A DNA stretch of 54,745 nucleotides. Source: Prorocentrum cordatum. Taxonomy: Eukaryota. This document shows, piece after piece, positions 24,106 through 35,943 of the stretch; within the stretch, counting starts at the first letter, position 1; each line of letters starts with the position of its first letter. Where the stretch lies: contig CAUYUJ010000219.1 of assembly GCA_963575745.1 (NCBI GenBank), positions 62,001 through 116,745 of the forward strand. Reading direction: 5' to 3'. A program made the translations under genes and the position numbers. The notes beneath the pieces were generated by a model. The model did not search any database. It had not been told where the DNA came from and saw only the letters and a list, made by a program, of their open reading frames with translations.

Positions 24106-24290
24106 CCCAGACAGCCGGCTGCTCCGATTCTTTCGATGCGTGGGCCCCAGAGGTCTGGACCACCTCTCTGGGGGGGGTTTTCGTTCCCGGCCTGTCTTTG
24201 GCGGGAAGGAGGCCCGTCGAGGGCCCCCGGACACCGGGAAACAGCCCGAAACCGTTCGCTCCAACTTTTCTGGAGCGTCGGATCTCTGGA
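24106..24290 (+). mobile_element. CCCAGAC-family MITE (variant palindrome CGCTCCAA)
   Basis: cccagac-N7-tgctccga ttctt tcgatgcg ... cgctccaa ctttt ctggagcg..ctctgga; 185 bp. Confidence 0.7.
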
Positions 24291-25199
24291 AGGAGGGGGC
24301 GACGAGGAGCGAGGAGCAAGGACATAGTTTGCCGGGATGCTGCTTGCGGACCAACCGCGGCTCGAGAAACGAGTGGCGGCGGCGCGAAAGCCTTGTGCGT
24401 CATCGGGCCTGTCCCGGGCGACCAGGCTTGACTGCCTTACTCGAAACTGCCCTCCACACACACACACACGACATTGCCAAACGGAAGAGAGGAAGAGAAC
24501 CAGGAGGAAAAGGCCAGGGGGAGGAGGAGGAGGAGAAGGAGGAGGAGGAGGAGGAGGAGGAGGAGGAGGAGGATGGCAACGAAGAGAAGGAGAAGGAGGA
24601 GGAGGAGGAGGAGGAGGAATGCGAGCACGAACAAAAAGGACTGAGCGAGATCGACCCGCCGGGGGAGGTCTGGGAGGGTCGGGGCACCACACGGGGCACA
24701 GCTCCTCGGAGAGGGGACACAGAGGGGGAAAGGGAAGAGGAGGAGCGAGGGCAAGAGGGGCTTTGACCCATTGGCCCCTCTTGGGCCTCTGGGGGCGCCG
24801 TCGTCGCCACGGCTGGGCCTTGCCTCGAAGTCCTGGCCGGAGTGCGCCCGAGGCAAAGCCGGTGGTGATAGGGGGGGGGTCCTGCGGGGCGGCGGAGGGC
24901 AGGGCGAAGGGGAAGAAGGGGGAAAGGGAGGGGGAGCAAGCTGTCGTCGCGCTCAGCACACGATGAAGATCGGGCGAAGCCAGCGACACCGCAGCGAATC
25001 CATGCAGCGCAGGGGCGAAGCGTGTGCGAAGCGCAATGCTGCCGCGCGCTTGCCCGCTCTGCACTTGCGCTCGGGTCGGTATGGATGCGGCGACGCATCT
25101 GGGCACACAGGACAGTGGGGGGAGGGCATTCTCTCCCGCACACACACAATGTCACACGAATTTCAACGAAACCATGAGCAAGGCCGCGCACGTCCACTC

Positions 25200-25329
25200 T
25201 CTCTATATATAGATAGATAGATAGATAGATAGATAGGTAGATAGATAGATAGATAGCTAGCTAGCTAGCTAGCTAGCTAGCTAGCTAGCTAGCTAGATAG
25301 ATAGATAGATAGATATATAGATAAATATG

Positions 25330-25367
<38 letters not shown>

Positions 25368-26075
25368 TATAGATATAGATAGATATATGGATGGTTACAT
25401 ATATGTATATATAGATAGATGGATATAGATATAGAAAGATAGACAGATATATATATATATACAAATATGTATAGAGATATATATGTATAAATATATGGAT
25501 GTATGTTTATATAGATATGTCGATAGGTATCCATATATCTATGTATAGAAAGTTCTATATATGGATATATATACATATACATATATATACATAGATAGCT
25601 AGATAGATATATAGATATGTGTATATATATAGCTAGACAGCTATGTATATGTATAGACAGATATATAGAAATATAGATATATAGATATATAGACCTATAT
25701 ATATATGTGTATACATATAGGTAGATATATAGATAGCTAGAAATATAGGTATACATATATATATATATAGATAGATAGATATATAGATAGATAGATAGAT
25801 AGATATATATATATATATAGATCGATATATCGATATAGACATATGGATATATATAGATATATATAGATATATAGACATATACATAGATCGATCTATATAT
25901 ATATATATGAATATGTATATATAGAGATAGGTAGGTATATAGACATATAGATATATATATATATAGAAAGATATATATAGATATATAGATAGATATATAG
26001 ATAAATACATATATATATATCGAGAGATATATAGATATATAGACATGTCGATATATAGATACATATATACACACA
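25200..26075. repeat. Degenerate (GATA)n/(TA)n microsatellite, an AT-rich island
   Basis: Directly visible. Confidence 0.95.
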
Positions 26076-27321
26076 CATGCACGGGAGACGGCATGAGAGG
26101 CGGGGCGGCAGCGGCGCAGCGGCGGAGATGGCGGTGGCTCGGTCGACCGTAGTTAAGGTCACCGAGCCGGGAGACACCTTCCCACCCGGGCATGATTACC
26201 TACCAAACCACCCCAACCCAACCCGAAGACCCGAATTTCGGGTTGGGGGGGGGGGGTACGGGCTTCATGTGTGTTTTCTCAACGTTCCCCGACCCCCCCC
26301 CCACTGGAAATGGTGGGCGGTGAGGCACGGGCGCGGTCGAACCGCGCGGCGCGTGAACTGCCCGCCGGCCCGAACGCGACTGCGGTCGGGCCACCACGCC
26401 GCGACGTGCGCGACACCCGCAAGCCCGACTCGAGCCTCGCGGCGCGTGAGGCATCCGCAGACCCGATCGCTCCTGCGGCCAGGCCACCATGCCGTGAGAC
26501 CGCGAGGACTGGCCAGAGGAGGCGGAGCTGGAGCGGGGAGGACGCGGGGGGAAGAGAAGCTAAAGCGGACCAAACATCAGTCAAAGAGCACCAAGCCGCC
26601 GCGCCAAGACTGACCACATCGGCCGAAATCGGACGAAGCCATCTCCTGGGACACCCGAGGATGGAACGAGAGGCTCCCATCACTTTGGGCCGGAGGGGCA
26701 AGAGAAGGCCCACCTTCGAGGCGAATGGGCTCTCCCATGGCCGAGACGAGGCCTGCCGGCACACCAAAACCCAGGAAGAGGGGGGCCCGACCAGGCCCGC
26801 ACCACCAGCAGCAGCGGCGGCAGCACAGCAGAGCAGCAGCAGGGGGGACACGCGGGGGGGGACGGGGGGAGGGTGGGAAGGGAAAGGAACAACGAAAACT
26901 GCACTAACACAGAACTTGTGGAGGTCCGCGCGGATTTCTTGGAGCTGCGCTGGGCCCCCCTCTGAAGGGCGCGGAGCGCGCCAGGCGTGGCGCTGGAGGC
27001 GCCGCCAGGGGGGGGGGCTCCAGCGCCGATCCAACACAACACTCGCGGACCGCAGAAGTATGGTTACTCTGGTGGCAACTCATGGGAGCCTCCCATACCC
27101 TCTTGTCGGCTCTTGCGAGCCAGCGCTGATAGACGCTAATCGACGCAAGCCGACGCTAAAGCGGCGCCACCTCGTCGACGCCCAGACGCCAGTCGACGCT
27201 GGCCGACGCTAGAGAGACGGAACTTCTAGGGCACACGAGGCCCCCATGGCTTGTTGCCGAATTGTGGGGGGGGTGGTGTTGGCCGAGGGGCCTCGCGCGT
27301 GCGCAAATCCCTGACGCGTTG

Positions 27322-27375
<54 letters not shown>

Positions 27376-27524
27376 TCACGAGACCGAAAGGAATCGATGG
27401 CCACGCCACTGCAGCCACAGGACGGAGCCTGGGCAGCAAGAGCTGCGCCAGTGGGGGGGGGAGGGGAGGAGGAGGCGGCGTCTGTCGGGCGGGCCAGCTC
27501 TCCACCCGCACACGGCGGCCGCGG

Positions 27525-27582
<58 letters not shown>

Positions 27583-29666
27583 AAGAGAGAGAGAGAGAGA
27601 GAGACAAAAAAAGGGAACCCCGCGCGGGCGGGCGGCGGAAGCGAGCGCGGCCGCCCTGCGGCCGAGCCCACGACTTCCCAGGAGCGTGCGGCTGCGCGCG
27701 CACGAAGCGCGCGCGTGAAGTGCGCGGTTTCCCCCGGGGCCGTAGGCGACCCGAGGAGGAGGAGGAGGAGAAGGAGGAGGAGGAGGAGGAGGAGGAGGAG
27801 GAGGAGGAGGAGGGGGAGGGGGAGGGAGGAGGGAGAAGGATAGGTAGGAGAAGGAGTAGGAGGAGTAGGAGGAGTAGGAGGAGTAGGAGGAGGATGAGGA
27901 GGATGAGGAGGAGGAGGGGTCGCCTAAGCCCTTCGGAGAAACCCTCCAGCGTGAAGGCCGCTGCAAGTTCAGGAACGGTCCTAGAGGTTCGGTCCGCACA
28001 AGATGATGACGCGGCGCGGACGGGATACAGGACTGCCAGGGACTCGGCGGAATCGCGGACCAGCAAGAGACAGTCGGAGTCGGCTGCCTTCACTGGGACA
28101 GCCCGGACGGCAAGAGAGATCCCCCGTAGCTGAAAACAGAATCTATGAAAAAGGTACCACAAGCGTTCGCCAGCGCCTTCGAATATGCGAAAGTACATTG
28201 CAAAAGCAAGAGCGGTTGAGTGGGTGCTGGAGATCCTGATAGCGACCGGCGGGCACGCGCACGACCATAGCAAACCGTAAGTTATGATATGTGAGGGTAG
28301 CGTAATCAACTAATTGTTTATGGCTCGCGTTATGGATCGCTGAATGCTTGCCTGACCTCACGTTTAGCGGACGCTTGCGCAGCATCCACGGTGCCCGTCG
28401 AACACACGGGAGGCACTCAAATAAAAGATTTGGCGCGAAAAACCGTCTCCACACATGTCTCGACCTGGCCATCTTCAGGTGCAGCGTGGCCGCCGCTGCA
28501 GTTACTCGCATGAACTCAACGAGGCTGCGCAAACGAGCACAGCACTCGGACCACACTTTTTCCGTCGACGGCGAGGCAGAGTTGGCTGCACCCGCGATAG
28601 CGCTAAACGGGGGCACCGAAAAGCGAATCGCTCGGACCACACAGCCGATACCATCATGTCAAGCTCGTGCGAGGTCCGGTCGAAAACTGACATTACTCCC
28701 CCGCCAATCGAAGGAACCTCGGGGGAGTGGCCGCGTCACAGGTGAAGCCTTCAAGCGTGGACACCGCAAGGGGCCACCAGCGGTAACCTAGTGCGGCTCC
28801 TCCAACATGCCGATACGAAAGCGCAAAAAAAAAACCGCCTCAGCGGGGGGGGTCCTTATCCACGCGAAATTGGGTTAAACATCTTTGAGCATGTCAGTGG
28901 CACTTCGACTCATGAGTTATCCGTTCGCAGGTGCAGCTGCTGCACTGCCCAATCTAACCATTCTCGGAGGTGGCAACGGGGGCGAGTCCAAGGCAGTTCT
29001 GAAGCAAGCGGAAACATGGGGCAACAAGCGCACCTGGGCCCAGGCACGCCCACGGTTCTCTCTGATTGTCCGCGGATGACGCAGGAGGCGTTTCAAATAC
29101 ACGCGGAAAGCGGCTCTTGCTTGGTGCATGTGTGGTGTATCGTTGGTGACGTACCGTGGTGGCCTTGCGGTTTGTGTTTTTGTGGTGTGTATGGTGCATG
29201 TCTAATGTATTGGTTGTGCATGTGTGCTGCATGAGTGATGTATTTTCTGTGTGCTCTTGTGCTTGTGGTGTCTGCGGCAGTCCTGGTCAGGAGCTTCAAT
29301 CCCCCAGACAGCCTCCAGAACTGCACTGATTCCTTACACTCGCATTCCAACGTGGACCCCAACATTCCTGGGCCGCGGGCGGCATCTCCTCGAATCCCCC
29401 GGAACGCACCCGTGGCGGCCAAGGGCATCCGAAGCCCGGTTGCCGTGCATCTGTGCCGCATCTGTGGTGCGAGTGTGGTGTACGCTCGGCCCGTAACATG
29501 AGGATGCGCGATGAGGATGCAAAGGGCCTCGGACGCCCATTTCCAAGCTTTCCGGGCGGGGCGCGGCCAACGGAAGTGCCCAAGGATGCACCGAGGAGGC
29601 AAGGATGCAAGGGTTCCCCCATGGGGAGGTTGCACCCGTCCTTCCTATGCGATTTGACTCTGTGTG

Positions 29667-29834
29667 TCGGGTGTTGCTAGAAGTGCCCCTGGCCCAAGGT
29701 GCCCCCAGCTTTTCGCTCCATTTTGGAGCCCCTGGGGCCCTCTGGGCTTCGTGAGGGGTGCTCTGGAGGCCGAGGGGGCTTCCGTGGAAATCCTGGGGGA
29801 ACCTTGGGCCAGGGGCACTTCTAGCAACACCCGA
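29667..29834. mobile_element. Young 168-bp MITE with perfect 34-bp TIRs and a GTGTG flanking duplication
   Basis: gtgtg|tcgggtgttgctagaagtgcccctggcccaaggt ... accttgggccaggggcacttctagcaacacccga|gtgtg. Confidence 0.9.
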
Positions 29835-30119
29835 GTGTGCTGTGGTGTTCTCGCTTGCAGGCAGGGCACCGCACGCGACAGACCGCGGCGCCGCGCGCCC
29901 GGCACGGCGCGTGGCGCGCTGCAGGCGCGTGGTGGCGCGGCGCGGGCAGGCCCCTCGGAGTGACGGGCGGGCCGGACGTGGCCTCGGACGAGGGCTGCGC
30001 GGTAGGGCGCTCCGGCGGCCATCGCAGCCCGGGGCCTCCCGGGCAGCGCGCGCGGCGCAGTGCGCGGCTCGATGCCTGGTCTTCCGGCGGCAGCGCACCG
30101 CCCCGCTGGACCTGCCTTT

Positions 30120-30301
30120 ATGGGATTGTTTTCCACCACCGCCACCATAAGTTGGAGGTGGGAAGGAGGTGGAGGACGAGGAGGAGGAGGAGGAGGAGGA
30201 CAAACAAAAAGGAGGAGTGAGGAGGAAAAGGAGGTGGAGGAGGAGGGGGAGGACCCCCTCCCCCCCCAACTTGTGGTGGAGGTGGTGGAAAACAGGCCCA
30301 T
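30120..30301. mobile_element. MITE with imperfect TIRs of about 38 bp and a (GAG)n interior
   Basis: atgggattgttttccaccaccgccaccataagttgg / ccaacttgtggtggaggtggtggaaaacaggcccat. Confidence 0.7.
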
Positions 30302-30452
30302 CGTACCTGAGGTTTTTCTTCCATGGAGTTGAGAGGAGGCTCACAGCTCAGCCGCCTCTTGCGGCCTCTGCGCCCCCACTGGCGCGGCCCTGGAGAACCG
30401 CAGGCGGCACCGCACCGCTCGCTATATATATACACACACACATACATACATA

Positions 30453-31376
30453 CAAGACTGCAGTGGCGCTTCGCGCCATGCACCTTGGTCCTTGGAGTTT
30501 GGTACGCAGGCGGAAATGGTAGGAAGGTCAAGCCGACAATTCAGCGATAACTCCTTGCTGCCTTTCCTGGCATCACCGTTATAATAATGTTGTTCGTTGT
30601 CCTTCATCCATGCTTATTTTTCCTCATTATCGCCATACCCTCGGCATTCTCCCCATCCTCCTCAGCTCTTTTTGCGGAGGCTCCTCCTTGGAGAGCCTCT
30701 GGGGGCCTCACCAAAGTTCTCATGCTTTCTTAAAGCCTTCTGGAGGCCTCCTGGGTGTGTTCTGGGGGCCTCTGGGGCTTCCTCAGGCCAACCTGCCTCG
30801 AACCGCGGTCTCCCTGAACGCCCCAGTCACGATTTGGAATGCTTCGGAGGGCGTCTTGGGGCCATTTGGGGCCGCCATTTTGGACCCCTGTTGTGCCGTT
30901 TTGGGGCTCTCTTGGACTGCCTGGAAGCCCTTTCGGATGGTTGTGGAGCGATGTTGGAGCCTCCCAGGCGGCTGCGGACGCCTAGGAGACCGCCGTCTTG
31001 GTGCGTCGGGAAGCCGAAAAGAGGACAACCCCAAATGCACCAAAAACCAACATAGAATCGATGATGTTTCCCTCTTTGGGCCTTCGTGGGAGTGCTCTTG
31101 GAGGCCTCTTGGCTCGTTTTGGAGCGATCTTTCGGGGTATGACGGCTTCTTGGAGCGTTCTTGTGCTGTCTTGGGGGTCTTTGGGACGTCTCCGGTGACC
31201 CCCCTGATCGCCCTGGGTGTGCTGCGAAGGCTTGGCAAAACGCCCTGCGGGGCCCAGGGGGCCGCTTCGAGGCCCGTCAGGAGGGTCCCAAAGCTGCAGA
31301 TCCTGGGGGTCCGGTTTTAGGGGGGGGGTGACGGGTTTTCCCCCCGCCCGGGCTTATAATAATATAGGAAGAGGAA
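30453..31376 (-). mobile_element. Non-autonomous Helitron-like element copy 1
   Basis: On the minus strand: 5' TTCCTCTTCCTATATTATTATAA, internal GGCCCCAAGA repeats, 3' hairpin tggcgc-gaa-gcgcca, then ctgcagtCTTG|T. No TIR; flanked by TA repeats. Confidence 0.65.
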
Positions 31377-31432
31377 TACATATATACATATATATATATA
31401 TATACACATACATACATACATACATAAATATA

Positions 31433-31587
31433 CAGGGCAGTTGTTGATACATGGGATTAAAAACAGGGATTTTGAATGCATGATCAATTCGTACATACAT
31501 TTATGCATGAACTCATCCTTGTTTTTAATTCAAAATCCCTTCATTTGTAATACATGATCCGCACGCGGAGCATGTATAAAAATGGCA

Positions 31588-31590
<3 letters not shown>
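31433..31590. mobile_element. Tc1/mariner-like MITE in (TA)n
   Basis: TA|cagggcagttgttgatacatg ... catgtataaaaatggcactg|TA. Confidence 0.7.
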
Positions 31591-31626
<36 letters not shown>

Positions 31627-31679
31627 TACATATATGTACATATATATATATATATATATTGGGAGGCATCTTCTTACCT

Positions 31680-32032
31680 GAGCCAGCCTTCCTTCGGCCG
31701 ACCTTCTGCCTCCTTCAGCCGACCTTCGTGTTGCGTCCGCCTCCTTCGGCCGACCTTCCGCCGCCTTCCCCCGAGGCAGAGACCTTCGATCCTCGAGGGC
31801 GAGGCCCTCTCTGACATGCATAATGTCGACATGGACCCTGAGAGTAGGGAGAAGGAAGCGCACCACCACCACCACCACCACCACCACCACCACCACCACC
31901 ACCACCACCACCACCACCAACCGGAGGATGGAGGCAGAGAGCGGTCAGGGGTGGTGGTGGTGGTGGTGGTGGTGGTGGTGGTGGTGGTGGTGGTGGTGGT
32001 GGTGGTGGTCGAGGTGGTCATGGTGGTGGTGG
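31680..32032. repeat. Dispersed repeat with (CAC)n/(GTG)n foldback, copy 1
   Basis: ccttcccccgaggcagagaccttcgatcctcgag..gacatggaccctgagagtagggagaaggaagcg followed by (CAC)n, then (GGT)n. Confidence 0.8.
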
Positions 32033-32158
32033 CGTATCGTTTCGGGCGCTCTGGCGGGACATCGGGCACACCCGCATCCCGCACAACATCTCATCCCGGA
32101 TCCCCCAGGGTGGCGGTGGTGCACTTCCTGCCCCCAAGAGCGGAGAGGACGCCGCGTC

Positions 32159-32222
32159 CTCCATGGAGGCGAAGGCCTCCGCCGCCTCGCCCTGCGCGCG
32201 CGCGTACGGCAGCCTCGAGGAC
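32159..32222 (-). CDS. TIP30/HTATIP2-like gene exon
   Basis: cggag|G TCC..: (R)SSRLPYARAQGEAAEAFASME. Phase 2 matches the previous exon. GAG|GA donor. Aligns to the TIP30 SS.FLY...KGE.E region. Confidence 0.85.
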
Positions 32223-32336
32223 CTCCGCCGGCCCGCAGCAGGGGGAGGCGCCGGGAGGCGGGCGGGTCTGAAGGACCCCCTCCTGCTGCGGCTCCTAGTC
32301 CTGGTTCTGGTCCTGGTCCCGCTCCTGCTCCTCCTG

Positions 32337-32382
<46 letters not shown>

Positions 32383-32430
32383 TACTCCTCCTCCTCCGCC
32401 TCCTCCTCCCCCTCCTCCTCCTCCTCCTCC

Positions 32431-32483
<53 letters not shown>

Positions 32484-33289
32484 CTCCTCCTCCTCCTCCT
32501 CCTCCACCTCCCCTTCCCCCTCCTCCCCTCCTCCTCCTCCTCCTCCTCCTCCTTTCCTCTCTCCTCCTCCTTCTTCCTCCTCCTCATCCTCCTCCTCAGG
32601 CTCAGGCTCAGGCTGGTGGGTCGTTGATGACACTCCTCCTCCCTCCTCCTCCTCCTCCTCCTCTCCTCCTCCTCCTCCTCCCTCTCCTCCTCCTCCTCCC
32701 TCCTCCCTCCTCCTCCTCCTCCTCCTCCTCCTCCTCCTCCTCGTCCTCCCTCCTCGTCCTCCTCGTCCTCGTCTCTCCTCGTCCTCCTCGTCCTCGTACT
32801 CCTCCTCCTCCTCCTCCTCCTCCACCTTCTCCTCCTCCTCCTCCTCCTCCTCATCTGCCGATCCAGATCGTGTTTTGTTCAACGGGCGGCTTTCGGGCGG
32901 GGGGGCAATCAAGAACGGATCCGCGACGAAAAACTGCCGCCGTGGAGGCGATCGGGACTTCTGGGGCGGCGGAATGAAAACACACATGTCGGAGGATATC
33001 AGGGTCCTGTCATCCCTCCCCCTCCCGTGCATTCGGGCAGACTCTTGCCGTTCTGGGCCTGGGACACCAGCGCCCCTCCTGAGCCACGGCGAAGCAGAAT
33101 GGGGAGGGGGGAGGGCCCAGCAAGCATCCTTCACTCCCTGCCCATCCCGCACCACATCTTCTCTCAGAGAAGGTTGGGGCGAGTCCCAAAGGTCCGAATG
33201 CTCCGTTCCTCCCCCCAAGGCCCACGGCTGTCCCCCTGGCCAGCCTGCTCCTGGGGGAGGAACCGCCGCCCCTCCCCGAAGCCCACCAC

Positions 33290-33670
33290 ACTTCCGCCGA
33301 CATTCCGCCGACCTTCCCCCGAGGCAGAGACCTTCGATCCTCGAGGCGGCGAGGCCCTTTCTGGCATGCCTCATGTCGACATGGACCCTGAGAGTAGGGA
33401 GAAGGAAGCGCACCACCACCACCACCACCACCACCACCACCACCACCACCACCACCACCACCACCACCACCACCACCACTACCACCACCACCACCACCCG
33501 GGTGGTGGTGGTGGTGGTGATAATGATGGTGGTGGTGGTAATGGTGGTGGTGGTGGTGGTGGTGGTGGTGGTGGTGGTGGTGGTGGTGGTGGTGGTGGTG
33601 GTGGTGTCTTGGTGGTGGTGGTGGTGGTGGTGGTGGTGGTGGTGGTGGTGGTGGTGGTGGTGGTGGTGGT
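33290..33670. repeat. Dispersed repeat with (CAC)n/(GTG)n foldback, copy 2
   Basis: Same unique segment of about 100 bp as 31765-31860, then (CAC)n-ccgg-(GGT)n. Confidence 0.8.
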
Positions 33671-34331
33671 GCGGGGATGGTGGTCGGAAAGAAAGCTTGG
33701 CCATGGGCTCGCTCGGGCTACCCCGCCGCCCTCGAGCCGCAGTGGCATGCGGATGCCCCTCGCGGCTCGCGGTGCGCATCGCGCGGGACGAGGCCCCGCT
33801 CGTGGAACGAGCCCCCCCCCCCCCGCACCCCCGAGGCCTCCGCTCGGGGCACGAGCTCCCCCTGGGGGGGCCGTGGAACGAAGCCCCCGGTGGTGGTCAT
33901 CTCCGAATCATCCTGGGGCCCGCGGCCCACCCAGAGGGGCCTCGGGGAGAGGGGGGGGGTGGCTCCGCCAACCCAGCAAACAAAAACTCCTCCTCCTCTT
34001 CCTCCTCCTCCTCCTCCTCCTCCTTCTCCTCCTCCTCCTCCTCCTCCTCCGCCCAAGCAAACACACTGCGAAAATACAGCATCGACCCCGCACCCCTCAG
34101 CGGACTGGGGCACCCCTGGGACACCGAGGACTGTGGGGCTGGGGGCGCGGTGCCCCTTCCTGCCGTTCCTGAAGGTCCGCTGGGGCCTTCTCGGGGCCCG
34201 CAGTTTCGGGCCGCCTCGGTGCGGGCACCCATGGGCATGGGTGCGTGCTGTTCGTTCGTCACCTGTGGCACAGGCCCTGTGCATCGGCCGCCGTGCAGCA
34301 CCCGCCCAGCAGAGAGCACCACCGCCCGCGC

Positions 34332-34420
34332 CTGTCGGCCCACGCGGAGCTCAGCAGGGTGACGTGCGGCACCCTGGCGGCGGCACAGAGCTGCGCAAAG
34401 CGGACGGCCGCGCCCAGCTC
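34332..34420 (-). CDS. TIP30/HTATIP2-like gene exon
   Basis: ctcag|GAG: ELGAAVRFAQLCAAARVPHVTLLSSAWAD(R), matching the family pattern of an A..A...G..H..LLSS.GAD strand. AG|GC donor. Confidence 0.85.
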
Positions 34421-34526
34421 CTGAGCAGCCGCCGGGGAGGAAAGGGGTCCGCGCGAGGCCCTCGCGAGTCGACCGCCAGTCCGACCCTCCCCGCCCCTCT
34501 GCATCCCTGCATCCTCCTTCACTTAG

Positions 34527-34678
34527 GTCGGGCGTCGTGTCGCCCTACAGGCGGATTTTCGACACAAAATAAACATAGTCAAAAAGATTCCAACATGGCC
34601 AAGAATAGTGGAAAAATCGTCCCCGGGCTATTTTTGTACTATTTCTGGATGTTCCTCGTGTGGAGGGACGTGCCCGAC
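34527..34678. mobile_element. MITE family 'GTCGGGCGTG' copy 2
   Basis: gtcgggcgtcgtgtcgccctacagg ... gggacgtgcccgac(ttaa). Confidence 0.7.
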
Positions 34679-35262
34679 TTAACACTTCACTGGGGAAGCA
34701 ACAGATACCGACACGGCTACTTCGCGGACCTCTCCTGAGTGGGTGCGTTCCGACCAGGATTCCGAAGCGGATCCGGCCGTGGTGCCGAGGGGCCGGCAGC
34801 GTCAGCGATAGCCTTTCTCTCTGAGTATCCCTCCGGCTCCTCCTCTGAACTGCTCTGGCGGAACACTCCGCGAGGTACTTCGTGAGACCAACGACCTGCC
34901 GACGAGCAGAAGAAGTTCAGGCCAGGCGTGCCGAGTCTGTGGCACTGCCGCACTGCAGGACCACCTCGAGCATACAACGCTGGATGACGTAGTTTTTGGA
35001 GTCCCATAACGGTGCGGTAACAGACCGTACGGTGACCTCGAAACCCCCCAAGACCTCACCGCACGGTCCGTCACCGTACGGTCTTGGGACCCTGGAAGCC
35101 CCTGTCGCCCGAGACATCCTCGGAGAAGGACTCGAGTCCAAAAACCGTGCGGTGACCCCGGATCCCCACCGACTCACCGCACGGCGTGGTCTTTGGAGGC
35201 CCCCGAAACATCGCGGAGGACGGAGAGGAACTGGGGGGGGGGAGAGGCACGGGCCAAGTTGT

Positions 35263-35447
35263 CCCAGACATGCGACGTCCTGATTTTTTCAGGACGGCGT
35301 CCCCGGAAGTCCCGGCCCTTTCCCCGGGGCCGGTTTTTCGTCCTGAGTCGTTTTTTGACGGTCCCGAGGCCCGGCGAGGGCCCCCCGAGGCCGAAAATTG
35401 GCAAAAACCTCTCGTCCTGATTATTTTACGACGCGATCATGTCTGGG
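35263..35447 (+). mobile_element. CCCAGAC-family MITE, 2-bp TSD (GT)
   Basis: gt|cccagac..gtctggg|gt. Perfect palindrome cgtcctga ttttt tcaggacg at 35276-35296. Confidence 0.85.
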
Positions 35448-35692
35448 GTGTATCTCCGCCAGAGCAGCGCGGCGAACATCCTGAGAGCGTGGACAGGCAC
35501 GGGCCCAGACCGCCACTGCCAAGGAGACAGCGCGACGGCCCGTGGAGCTCCGGTGTCCGTGGGCGCCTGGAGGCCTGCTGCAGGGCCCAAGACCGTAAAA
35601 ACACGACGCGGGACGAAGGCATCCGGCCTGGGGAGGGGGATGGCCGGAGGGGGTACCACCGGTGGATGCCAATTCTGAACCTCTCCAGAGAG

Positions 35693-35943
35693 CCTGACTC
35701 CAGATCCGCCCTACTTTGGCTTTTTTTTCCAACTTAAAGTTGCGTCGGAAATCCACCTATAAGAGGCCGAAAAAGTAGGGCGGAAATTGCCGCACCCAAC
35801 ATAAAATAGGGCGGAAACCCACAGAAACAGCAACAGAAAAATAGGGCGGAAATTGGTTGGCATCAGCGGGGCTTGAAAAGTAAGGCGGAAATTCCAAGCC
35901 CCACTTACGAATTTCCCAAAGTAGGGCGGATCCGGAGTCAGGG
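35693..35943. mobile_element. CCCTGAC-terminal MITE with AAGTAGGGCGGA subterminal repeats, copy 1
   Basis: cctgactccagatccgccctactttgg / ccaaagtagggcggatccggagtcagg. Confidence 0.85.

Noticed and set aside
25289..26193. Hydrophobic Tyr/Ile-rich 'membrane protein' ORFs
   Set aside because: They are translations of (TA)/(GATA) repeats.
26077..29500. Short ORFs such as [23 protein letters not shown] and MMYFLCALVLVV
   Set aside because: No recognisable domain and no consistent exon chain could be built.
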